Assembly (NCBI GenBank): GCA_028280785.1
Contig: JANQLF010000122.1
Coordinates: 23,627-87,626 of the forward strand
Origin: Planctomycetota bacterium
GTDB lineage: Bacteria > Planctomycetota > UBA11346
Direction of reading: 5' to 3'
Length of the DNA stretch: 64,000 nt
In this document: positions 48,800 through 58,084 of the stretch, piece after piece
How positions within the stretch are numbered: position 1 is the first letter of the stretch
Layout: each line of letters starts with the position of its first letter
Position numbers and translations under genes: made by a program
Notes under the pieces: generated by a model
What the model saw: only the letters and a program-made list of their open reading frames with translations
Told to the model about the DNA's origin: nothing
Databases searched by the model: none

Positions 48800-49093
48800 G
48801 TTTCGAGGGGCTCTGCCCCTCGTGCTCCCCCGCGACGGTTGCACGGTCAAGCCGCATCAAGATCGCGACTATTTTTCTCCGTTTAGAACTGCGAAAAATC
48901 CAGGTCAAGTAGACCTGACCGTCGCTCGGTCGTAGCCGGTTGCAGAAGCAACCGAAGAGCGCGCCGAGTTCTCGAGGCGGCGAGCACCGATGAATGGTCT
49001 GAGCTATATGCGAAGAATTTTTCGTAGCGTCAGCGTAGAAAAATAATGAAGACAACGCTCGCGGGGGAGCCCGAGGGGCAGAGCCCCTCGAAA
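48800..49093. mobile_element. Two back-to-back element copies (D minus, E plus) forming a MITE/REPIN-like unit
   Basis: 48801-48835 and 49059-49093 are 34/35 inverted; internal blocks are shared with copies A and B. Confidence 0.8.
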
Positions 49094-49096
49094 TAA

Positions 49097-50959
49097 TCAG
49101 ATTACTTTATATTGACGCAATTTTGCGTAGAGCGTTGAACGATCTATGCCAAGCACTTCGGCGGTGGCTTTTTTGTTGCCGCCGCAGTGATCGAGGACGC
49201 GAAGGATGTGCATTTTTTCGACGTCAGCTAATGGGGCGATCGGTGAATTAAAGTTTTCATCTTCGCCACCGCTGATGCCGTCGGGTAAATCGCTGGCTTC
49301 GATTACTTTTCCCGCAGCCAAAATATTCACGCGTTCAATAGTGTTGCGTAATTGGCGTACATTACCTGGCCAACTGTAGCGCAGTAATAAGGCGCGTGCT
49401 TCAGGGCTGAATGTTTTTGCGGTTTCACTTAAGCGATTGGCGCTCTCATGTAAAAAGTGATCGATTAATGTGTCGATATCTTTTGGTCGATCAGAGAGTG
49501 GTGGAATATGTACTGATAAAACATTTAGGCGATGATAGAGATCTTCACGGAAATTACCGGCTTTAATCTCTTCCTCTAAATTGCGATTGGTTGCTGCGAG
49601 GATGCGTACATCAACTTGGCGTACCGAGCCTTCACCAACGCGTTGCACTTCACCTTGTTCAAGTGCGCGCAATAATTTTGCCTGTACCGACATTGGCAAT
49701 TCACCGACTTCGTCGAGGAAGAGCGTGCCTTGATCAGCTAATTCGAATAAACCAGGTCTGGTTTCATCGGCACCAGTAAAGGCGCCTTTAACATGACCAA
49801 ATAATGCAGACTCAATTAATGATTCGGCAATAGCGGCACAATTAATAACCTGCAAGACATTGGTGTTACGTTTACTTTGTTGATGAATGGAGCGGGCAAC
49901 TAATTCTTTGCCGGTACCACTAGCACCAGTTACCAAAATTGGCGCGTCAGTTGGTGCAGCTTTTTCAATAAATTGAAAGACAGTATCCATGCTTGGATCA
50001 CTGCCGATCAGATTTATTTTTTGTGTTTCTTGTTCGTCTTGTTGCAGACGTTCTACTTCTGCTTCAAGTTCAGCAACATGATCACAGTTATATAAACGGA
50101 TGGCTAATTGATTGGCAACCGCATGTAAGAATTCTAATTGAACGCGACTAAATGGTTTATCGCCATCAAGACGGTCGACATAAATTAAGGCCTGTAATTC
50201 TTCACCGATACGAATCGGCGCAGCCATCGCACTGCGTACGCCTGCCTGCATCATTGATGAGCTTGGGTCGACGTCACCGCCAATAGTACAGAGCATAGGC
50301 TCTTGGGTTTTACGTACTTGTCGCAGTAAGGTGCCAGCGAAAGGGGTGCTACCGAAGCGGGCGCGTAAGCGACGTTCATGCGGTGGCCATAAGGCCCAAT
50401 CATCAGGCGTTGGTAAAAAGACCGCGCAGCGTTCGCCTTCCAGAGCATCTGCCGCAACATCATCTAAAATTTCAAATAATTCATCACGGGTTTTGACTTC
50501 ATGGCTGCGTAGGACGACTTCATGTAATAACACTAAACAGTCGTGGGCTTCACGAATAATTGGATCTTGAATAACGCTTGAGGTAAACAGGACGCTGCTG
50601 CTGTCGAGGCCTTCCATGTCCCATGAAAAATCATCTTCAGCATAAGCAATAGTTTGGTCGACTTCTTCCGCGCTTTCAGCTTCATAGCGAATGTAGGTAT
50701 GACCGATTCGAAAGATGTAACCATCACTGAGCTCTTGCTGCTCGATGGAACCATTATCATCCCAAATGCCATTGGATGAATTTAAATCGCGTAGGGTGTA
50801 GCGTTTATTGGCAAAGGTGATTTCGCAATGGATGCGCGAGGCTTTAGCGTCCTCCAACTTGATCGCATTGGTACTATCACGACCCAATGTCGCCCGCTTT
50901 TTGTCTAATTTGAGGACAAAGCCTTGTCCGGGACCTTCGACGATTCGTAGTTGTGGCAT
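49097..50959 (-). CDS. FHA-GAF-sigma54-dependent enhancer-binding protein with Fis HTH
   Basis: LGR..SRIH..NSSNG (FHA), GAF, GASGTGKE, GAFTGA, LFLDEVGE, WPGNVRQL, LGIDRSTLY. Confidence 0.95.
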   Translation of the reverse strand: MPQLRIVEGPGQGFVLKLDKKRATLGRDSTNAIKLEDAKASRIHCEITFANKRYTLRDLNSSNGIWDDNGSIEQQELSDGYIFRIGHTYIRYEAESAEEVDQTIAYAEDDFSWDMEGLDSSSVLFTSSVIQDPIIREAHDCLVLLHEVVLRSHEVKTRDELFEILDDVAADALEGERCAVFLPTPDDWALWPPHERRLRARFGSTPFAGTLLRQVRKTQEPMLCTIGGDVDPSSSMMQAGVRSAMAAPIRIGEELQALIYVDRLDGDKPFSRVQLEFLHAVANQLAIRLYNCDHVAELEAEVERLQQDEQETQKINLIGSDPSMDTVFQFIEKAAPTDAPILVTGASGTGKELVARSIHQQSKRNTNVLQVINCAAIAESLIESALFGHVKGAFTGADETRPGLFELADQGTLFLDEVGELPMSVQAKLLRALEQGEVQRVGEGSVRQVDVRILAATNRNLEEEIKAGNFREDLYHRLNVLSVHIPPLSDRPKDIDTLIDHFLHESANRLSETAKTFSPEARALLLRYSWPGNVRQLRNTIERVNILAAGKVIEASDLPDGISGGEDENFNSPIAPLADVEKMHILRVLDHCGGNKKATAEVLGIDRSTLYAKLRQYKVI

Positions 50960-51008
50960 GAGGTCGCTATGTTGGTGTCAAATAGAGGCGAGGAAAGGCT
51001 TCGATCAT

Positions 51009-52934
51009 CTAAAAACTAGACGTCATCAGCTTCTGGATCCTTTTGGCAAATCCTACATTGTCCTTTATCTGCGAACCGTCTGCGAGTAAGGCCTGATCAC
51101 GAAGGACTTGGATGTAATCATCAAGAACCTCAGCTTTTGAATCGTCGCCATGCAAGTCATTGAGCTTTTGAATCAACTCATGATCTGGATTGAGTTCGAG
51201 AATCCGTTGTTGCGGTGGCAGGGCCTGACCGTTGCGGCGCAGGAGTTCTTCCATCTGACTGGTCATACCGCCGGCGTCATTGACGATGCAGCATGGTGAA
51301 TCTGTTAAGCGTTTGGATAAGCGCACTTCTTTAATGTCTTCACCAAGCGTTTCGTTGGCAAAGTCCATAAATGGTTTGAACGATTCACTCAATTCTTCCA
51401 GTGCTTTCTTATCGTCTTCATCGCTCAGGTCATCGCCACCACTGTTTATATTTACCAGCGATTTTTCTTTGTATTCATTTAAATGCTGTGCAACCCATTC
51501 ATCAACAGGATCGGTTAAATACAGAACTTCATAACCCTTGCTTAAATAACCTTCTAAATGTGGGCTGCCTTTAGCGGCGGCGAGATTTGGTGCGGTGATA
51601 ACATAGATTTTTTCTTGATCTTCACCCATGCGTTCGATGTAGGCATCAAGACTGGTTTTAAGGGTGCCATCTTCTGCTTGTTCTTGTTCAATTGACCATG
51701 AGCTTTGGAAGCGAGCAAGACCGCTGAGCTTTTCTTTGTTTTCAAAATCTTGGACAATGCCTTCGCGCAGGACTGAACCAAAGTTTTCTTCAATAGAATT
51801 AAAGAGTTTTTGATCTTCATCCTTTTTGCTTTTGGCGAGTTTTGCTAAGTGATCGAGGACGCGTTTGACTAATTGTTTACGCAGTTTATCGACAACACTT
51901 TGCTGTTGCAATATTTCACGACTAACATTTAACGGTAAATCATCGCTATCGACAACACCTTTAACGAAGCGCAAATATTCAGGTAATAAATCTTCGCAGT
52001 CGTCCATAATAAAGACACTGCGTACATACAACGACAAGCCTGATTTATTATTGTTAAACATATCCATTGGCTTGCTGCCAGGGATGTATAATAAACCAGT
52101 AAAGGTGAGCGAGCCTTCTACGTTAAAGTGAATCCACGATGCTGGCTCGTCCCATTGCTTGCATGCGGTGCGATAAAAGTTTTTATAATCTTCATCAGAA
52201 ATATCTGATTTAGATTTGGTCCACAGTGCTTTGCCTTCATTGACTTGTTCGTACTCTGCTTCTTTGCCTTCTTTTTGATCCTCTTCGCTGACCGTGCCGA
52301 GCATGAAGATCGGATAGGTGACGTAGTCGCTGTATTTTTTAATTAAGCTACGCAGACGGAAGCTTTCGGCGTACTCATGGGCATTCTCGCGCAGATAGAG
52401 GGTGATGGTGGTACCACGTTGTGGGCGGGCGATGTTTTCGAGTTCGAAGCTGCCGTCGCCGTTGCTTTCCCAACGCACACCTTCGTTGGAACTGAGGCGA
52501 ACGCTGCGGCTTTCGACCACCACGCGCTCGGCTACTATAAAGGAAGAGTAGAAGCCAACGCCGAATTGGCCAATCAGACTGTTAAGATCACTTTGCTGCT
52601 CGGCATCAACTGAACCCAGGAACTCTTTTGTACCGGATTTGGCGATGGTACCGAGGTGCTCTTTGGCCTCATCCAGGCTCAAGCCGATACCGTTGTCGCT
52701 GATCGTGACGGTGTGCTCATCGGCATCGAAGTCGACATGGACCTTGAGATCTTCATCGCCTTTGAGGAGCTCGGTGTTAGTCAGGCTCTCAAAGCGCAGC
52801 TTGTCGCAGGCATCAGATGCATTGCTGATCAGCTCACGCAGGAAGATTTCACCCTCACTGTAGAGGCTGTGGATCATCAGGTGAAGGAGTTGTTGAACTT
52901 CTGTCTGGAACTCGTGTTGACTCATATCGGACAC
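51009..52934 (-). CDS. htpG: Chaperone HtpG (Hsp90)
   Basis: FLRELISNASDA, DNGIG, IGQFGVGFYS, DLPLNVSREILQ. Confidence 0.97.
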   Translation of the reverse strand: MSDMSQHEFQTEVQQLLHLMIHSLYSEGEIFLRELISNASDACDKLRFESLTNTELLKGDEDLKVHVDFDADEHTVTISDNGIGLSLDEAKEHLGTIAKSGTKEFLGSVDAEQQSDLNSLIGQFGVGFYSSFIVAERVVVESRSVRLSSNEGVRWESNGDGSFELENIARPQRGTTITLYLRENAHEYAESFRLRSLIKKYSDYVTYPIFMLGTVSEEDQKEGKEAEYEQVNEGKALWTKSKSDISDEDYKNFYRTACKQWDEPASWIHFNVEGSLTFTGLLYIPGSKPMDMFNNNKSGLSLYVRSVFIMDDCEDLLPEYLRFVKGVVDSDDLPLNVSREILQQQSVVDKLRKQLVKRVLDHLAKLAKSKKDEDQKLFNSIEENFGSVLREGIVQDFENKEKLSGLARFQSSWSIEQEQAEDGTLKTSLDAYIERMGEDQEKIYVITAPNLAAAKGSPHLEGYLSKGYEVLYLTDPVDEWVAQHLNEYKEKSLVNINSGGDDLSDEDDKKALEELSESFKPFMDFANETLGEDIKEVRLSKRLTDSPCCIVNDAGGMTSQMEELLRRNGQALPPQQRILELNPDHELIQKLNDLHGDDSKAEVLDDYIQVLRDQALLADGSQIKDNVGFAKRIQKLMTSSF

Positions 52935-53173
52935 TCCAATGGGGCAGTGTGTAAATGGGCTGCTTCCTATAATAGATGAATTGGATCTGCCAAGTCTTTT
53001 GGGTTTCGGGCTGTGACTTGTAGCAAGCCCTATGCTAATTCATGAGTTACACACACTCGCTATAGTGGCATCAAGCATGCCTTTGACGCTGAAATGGGAT
53101 CTGTCACGATACAATGCTCTCTTGCCGTTAAATCTTAGCTAAATCTGTATCTTACAGATATTTAGCGCTCCGC

Positions 53174-55084
53174 ATGCGGCACGAGAAAGTCGAGGGAGTT
53201 TTGCCAATGGATGCTTTTCCAGTCATCTGGGGCTTGGACATCGGACACAGCACACTTAAGGCGGTTAAATTAGCCCGTTCTGGTCCTGATGTAATCATTC
53301 AAGGTTATGCGATCGAACCTATTGCACGCGGTGAAGATGTTGACCGCGACATGGCGGTACTCGATTCGTTGAAAGCCTTGGTCGAGCGTGAAGAAATGCA
53401 CGACGCACCTGTCGTCGTGGCATTATCTGGTCGTCAGATTTTTACCAAGACCATTAATGTACCCGTTCTGAATCAAAATAAAATTGGCCGCATGGTCGAA
53501 TTAGAGGCGCGCCAACAAATTCCTGGCGACTTTAATGACGTCGAGTGGGATTATCACCTATCGCCTTCTATTGATGGTGCGTCGTATGACGTGACTTTAT
53601 TTGCTGCGCGTCGTGAGTTGGTGCATAATTTGGTTACCTTATGCGACGCTGCTGATTTACAGTTGGCTGGTGTATCGGTATCAAGTTTAGCTGTTTATAA
53701 CTTTGTTAATTATGACCAAGAATTCGAAGAAGAAGAATCGGTGGTTATTCTTGATGTTGGTGCCGAAAACACTGACTTAGTTGTTTATCAAGATGATCAT
53801 TTATGGATTCGTAACTTGGCTTTCTCGGGTAATGATATTACCCACGCTTTCGAAAAGAAATTCCGTGTAAGCTTCGAAGAAGCTGAAAAATTAAAAATGG
53901 AAGTCAACGACAGTCGTCAGGCTGAGCGTATTATGAAAGTGGTCGAGGCGAGCCTTGGCGATTTGACTTCTGATGTGCAACGAAGTTTAGGCTTTTATAA
54001 GAGCCAAAACCCTGATGCGAATTTTGAAAATGTCGTGGTCAGTGGTAATACCTTCCGGATGGAAGCACTCAGTTCCTACTTAGCTAATAAATTAGGTTAC
54101 CCCATTATTACCTTGGTTGAACTTGATCGTATTGAAGTACACGATTCGCTTGAGCGTGAACAATTTGCTCACGATGTGCAATCATTAAGTACGGCAATTG
54201 GTTTAGCACTTGAGGGTGTCGGTGCCGGTACGGCTTCGGTTAATTTATTGCCGAAGAGCATTCGCTTGCAGGCCCTGTTAAAAACCAAGCGTTGGGCGGC
54301 AATTGCGGCATTAATTTTAATTGCTATTGCCTTTATCGTTACCTATTCAATCAAGAGTACCCGTGCAGCTGATTATGCTGAATGGAAAAACCAAGTTACC
54401 ACCGTTCAAGATCAATTAGCTGAAGGTGAAGCACCCGTTCAGGCTTTGGTTGATAAAATCGTACCACAGGCCCAGGAGATGGCTTCGTATCGGACCTTTG
54501 GCCAGCAAAAAGGACATATCCAAAGTATCCAACAAGGCATCATTGTGACCTTGCAATCGATTGCCCAGAATCCTGAATTTACTTTGGATCCACCGAATAA
54601 GAAACCCATCAATGGTGGTGATCCGGTAACCCAGCCAATATTTTTAGATGCAATCAAAATTCCTGAATTAGCTTTAAATGAGAATAACATTTTTACACCA
54701 GACACATCTGGTCGTATTGTAGAGATCGTGGTTTTAATTCACAGCCGTGCTTCGAATGCCAAGATTGTGAAAACCATCGCTGAAAAACTTACCGACCTTA
54801 AAATTGGTAAGGCCTTACAGCATGTGAATGGTTTAGATGCTACACACAAAGTGTTTGTATCTGTAAATAGTGCTTCGGAAGAATCAAAAGACATTCGTTG
54901 GCGCTATCGCCAAGATAACTTTGTCGGTGTTGATGGCGGCATTAGCCACAAGTTAGATCAAAACACCACGCGTTATACGGCAATGACATTTGTCTGTGAA
55001 TTAAATAGTCTCAAGCCACAACCAAAGGTTGAAGCGGCACCTCCTCCACCTGAGGAAGATGTTGTAGAAGAGGAGGCTGAATAA
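53174..55084 (+). CDS. pilM: Type IV pilus assembly protein PilM with fused PilN-like TM/periplasmic region
   Basis: WGLDIG..TLK, EARQQIP, LDVGAENT, AIGLAL, then VNLLP plus a TM segment. Confidence 0.85.
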   Translation: MRHEKVEGVLPMDAFPVIWGLDIGHSTLKAVKLARSGPDVIIQGYAIEPIARGEDVDRDMAVLDSLKALVEREEMHDAPVVVALSGRQIFTKTINVPVLNQNKIGRMVELEARQQIPGDFNDVEWDYHLSPSIDGASYDVTLFAARRELVHNLVTLCDAADLQLAGVSVSSLAVYNFVNYDQEFEEEESVVILDVGAENTDLVVYQDDHLWIRNLAFSGNDITHAFEKKFRVSFEEAEKLKMEVNDSRQAERIMKVVEASLGDLTSDVQRSLGFYKSQNPDANFENVVVSGNTFRMEALSSYLANKLGYPIITLVELDRIEVHDSLEREQFAHDVQSLSTAIGLALEGVGAGTASVNLLPKSIRLQALLKTKRWAAIAALILIAIAFIVTYSIKSTRAADYAEWKNQVTTVQDQLAEGEAPVQALVDKIVPQAQEMASYRTFGQQKGHIQSIQQGIIVTLQSIAQNPEFTLDPPNKKPINGGDPVTQPIFLDAIKIPELALNENNIFTPDTSGRIVEIVVLIHSRASNAKIVKTIAEKLTDLKIGKALQHVNGLDATHKVFVSVNSASEESKDIRWRYRQDNFVGVDGGISHKLDQNTTRYTAMTFVCELNSLKPQPKVEAAPPPPEEDVVEEEAE

Positions 55085-56115
55085 TGGATAAAATCAAGCC
55101 ATACTTATTCTGGATTATCTGCGGTGTTGTGTTGATAATCGAATTGGTGCTGATCACGGTGATGCAGCCAGTTAATGATGACGGCAAAGATGTGTATAAG
55201 GCAACTAGAGCTTTAAATGATGCAGTTGACTCCTTTGATAAAGGTTATGTCAATCGCACTAAGCAGTTGCCTCCATCAAGCTTCGCTATCGATAATGTTG
55301 ACTATTTCAATAATATTAAACAAAGTTACTTGGTATCTGACAGTTGGATGCCAGGCTTACAGCAAGTCGATAAAAACTTAAAAACCCATAAGAAAAATGT
55401 TGAAGATAAATTAAAGAAGAGCAGCGAAATTCTACATGAACCAATTAGACGCACCAATTTATTGGCTGATTGGTATACTGCGTATATCGCAAAGACGACT
55501 GCACTGCTGAAACAGTTAAAAGATAACAATCAACTGCAACCGCCAACTAATGATCCATTTGCCAAAGCCAAGGCTAAGGATGAGGAAGCGATGGAGGAGA
55601 TCCTTCGGTCCAATAATGCCGTGCGAAAAATTTGTGGTTTTTACACCAAAGGAGCACAATTCCCAACGACTGAAGAGCATCCAATTATTACTACGCGTTT
55701 TCATATCACCAACGCGATTGTGAAAGCTGCGCTCGAGTCAGAGGGTTCCTTATTAAATAATCGCTTAATGGCATTTGGTGAAACCAACTTTGTCATTCCA
55801 CCCGAAGGTGTGGTACGCCCCAAAATTGAAGAAATTATGTGGGGCACTAATGCAGTTAAATGGGACAGCGAAAATACAATTGGTGTCAAAGGTGGTCGTG
55901 CGATTACTTGTACATTGAAAGCACGCGGCTCAGCATCAGCGTTATTAGCGCTGACTGCAAATATCGAGAAAAGCCAGACCCCAATTTTTATCGTCCATGG
56001 TAGCCAATGGTCACAGCCACGAAATCGTAGGCGTGATAGTGTCAAGGCTATGGATAGTGACATCATCATGACGCTTAAATTAGCCATATTGGATTATCAA
56101 GGAGGTCAGCAATGA
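55084..56115 (+). CDS. Bitopic membrane protein, PilO-like position
   Basis: N-terminal TM segment; translationally coupled to pilM. Confidence 0.65.
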   Translation: MDKIKPYLFWIICGVVLIIELVLITVMQPVNDDGKDVYKATRALNDAVDSFDKGYVNRTKQLPPSSFAIDNVDYFNNIKQSYLVSDSWMPGLQQVDKNLKTHKKNVEDKLKKSSEILHEPIRRTNLLADWYTAYIAKTTALLKQLKDNNQLQPPTNDPFAKAKAKDEEAMEEILRSNNAVRKICGFYTKGAQFPTTEEHPIITTRFHITNAIVKAALESEGSLLNNRLMAFGETNFVIPPEGVVRPKIEEIMWGTNAVKWDSENTIGVKGGRAITCTLKARGSASALLALTANIEKSQTPIFIVHGSQWSQPRNRRRDSVKAMDSDIIMTLKLAILDYQGGQQ

Positions 56116-57824
56116 AGGTCTTGTTAATGCAACATGGGGAAAAGCTCGTTCTCCTAATCGTTTTGATAATTTTAGGCATGTGGATTAGCGGTGTAAACAG
56201 CGATGGTAAAACCTTGCCTAAAAAGCAGGCAGAAAAAATTAATATCGATAAGAAAATCAAAGAAGCTAAAGATTACACGGCAAAACCAGCACCAATTCCT
56301 GAGAAGCCGATGGATTATACTGGTGTTATTCAAAATCGTTTAGCAGTTTTAGTTGATTTTGCCGATACCTTGCAGTGGTTAACTGCACATCCTGACATCG
56401 TAGAAGGTAGCACCGATGACCGCACGGTTTTCTCTATCTATGAAGTGCTCTCTCCATCGGTGACTGCTGAGGATGAAGTTGGTTCGATTTTAGTCACGGT
56501 TGAAATGCCAGATCGTCGTGGCGGTAAAGGCGGCGATGAGGTGCAAACCGGCGACGAAATTGAATGGGAGCGTGCATTGAAAGGCGGTAAAACCGTCACC
56601 AATACTGCGCGTTGGTTAGGTGTAAAAGTAGAATATCAAGTTGGTGGAAAAGGCGCTTGGCGTCCACTGAAGAGCGTTGGCCTTAAAGATGGCGTGCATA
56701 TTTTCAGAGATGAATCTATGACACCTCCAGAATTCCGTCATAATGGTGTACAAGGTAAACAGCAATATTCGTACCGCGCTTCATTAATTGTTGCGGCAAC
56801 AGGTGTACGCGAAGAAGGCCCAGCTGAGCTCGGTGAAGAGACTATTGTTTATGATGGTGAATATACAGGACAGATCGATCGTTTTGTGTGGGCTCAAGGT
56901 GCTGGACGCATTAAAGGTCGTCTCAAAGCGGTAGAACCGAAAACAGTTCCTGATATGCATCGTGTTACTCTTGGTAAAACCGAAAAACTTTATATTGGCC
57001 GTGCTGGTGAAGCAGGTACCGTCGAGCAAACGGAATCAGATATTATATTTGCAGTAAAACAAATTAGTGCACTTGGTGGCACTGATCCGACATTGCGTGT
57101 CTATATGATGAAAATGGTACGTGATCGCAACGGTAAAATTCTTGGCTGGACCGAAGCATTGGAAATTAAAAATGTTAAGGTTGGTGATAAATTAGGAACA
57201 CCGCCAGAGGGCCAGAAAGGTATTCCAGTTAAATTACGCAATGCACCAGATGGTGGTTTACGCTTGGTGAATTTCCAAACAGATTGGGTAGTTGCTGATT
57301 TAAATATCGAAGGTCGTCGCATTTATTATTACGAAGTGAAAAAGAAAAATGTTGATGGAAAGACCATCTTGTATCTTAATGAAAAAGCACGTACTAATTA
57401 TCATGTTGTAACGTTGAATAATGGTGTTGAAAATATTCAAATCATTCGTTTGGATAAATTGACTCCGAATCGTAATCCTCAATTCTGTTATCCGCTCATT
57501 CAACAAAAGGTTAATGAAACTGAAGAATTTAAAGATGGCGATCCAACTGAGTTCACGCAGCCTATTTTAGAACCAGAAAAACCGGTTGAGTGGCCAGCGG
57601 ATAAAATTCCACCAGATGGTGTGCCTGAGGACTTCCAAACCGACGTGCCATACTTCGTTTTTGCTGATGGTCGCATCGTCTGGTATGACCACGTGAATAA
57701 GAAAATGAAGTCTACCGAGGTGAAACCACCGAAGGTCGAAGAGCCAGAAGTTCCGGAAGGTGGCGAGGGTGAAGATGGCGAAGCACCGCCAGACGGCCAA
57801 GAACCACCGCCAGATGGCAACTAA
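56112..57824 (+). CDS. Membrane-anchored hypothetical protein of the pil operon
   Basis: QHGEKLVL plus TM segment; beta-rich body; Pro/Glu-rich tail. Confidence 0.7.
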   Translation: MKVLLMQHGEKLVLLIVLIILGMWISGVNSDGKTLPKKQAEKINIDKKIKEAKDYTAKPAPIPEKPMDYTGVIQNRLAVLVDFADTLQWLTAHPDIVEGSTDDRTVFSIYEVLSPSVTAEDEVGSILVTVEMPDRRGGKGGDEVQTGDEIEWERALKGGKTVTNTARWLGVKVEYQVGGKGAWRPLKSVGLKDGVHIFRDESMTPPEFRHNGVQGKQQYSYRASLIVAATGVREEGPAELGEETIVYDGEYTGQIDRFVWAQGAGRIKGRLKAVEPKTVPDMHRVTLGKTEKLYIGRAGEAGTVEQTESDIIFAVKQISALGGTDPTLRVYMMKMVRDRNGKILGWTEALEIKNVKVGDKLGTPPEGQKGIPVKLRNAPDGGLRLVNFQTDWVVADLNIEGRRIYYYEVKKKNVDGKTILYLNEKARTNYHVVTLNNGVENIQIIRLDKLTPNRNPQFCYPLIQQKVNETEEFKDGDPTEFTQPILEPEKPVEWPADKIPPDGVPEDFQTDVPYFVFADGRIVWYDHVNKKMKSTEVKPPKVEEPEVPEGGEGEDGEAPPDGQEPPPDGN

Positions 57825-57833
57825 GAAGCATAC

Positions 57834-57868
57834 AAAAGGCCTGAATCTGCTGATTCAGGCCTTTTTTT
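57834..57868 (+). terminator. Intrinsic terminator
   Basis: AAAAGGCCTGAATC-TGCT-GATTCAGGCCTTTTTTT. Confidence 0.9.
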
Positions 57869-58084
57869 GTGGCTGAAAGCGACAGATGCCGATAGAGGTC
57901 AAATACGGCACCATTAGTCGTGCGTTTTGACTAAGAAATATAGACCTAATCACTTGTAAAAATAAGGACTTAGGTGATGAGACACAGTGGCAGACACCGC
58001 TAGGGGCAGTGCCCATCCTTACTTGGTAAGGGCTTGACCGCTATCTAGTCTAATCGGCCCAGATCGCCTAGAGCGAGGAATGTT

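Noticed and set aside
35966..49093. Element copies as plain terminators or a CRISPR array
   Set aside because: They are dispersed, multi-hairpin and irregularly spaced, and a terminator role does not explain the duplicated gene ends. No cas genes are present.
57985..58080. Structured leader before secretin 1 (CCTTAC-TTG-GTAAGG hairpin)
   Set aside because: No match to a riboswitch I recognise; an Rfam search would be needed.
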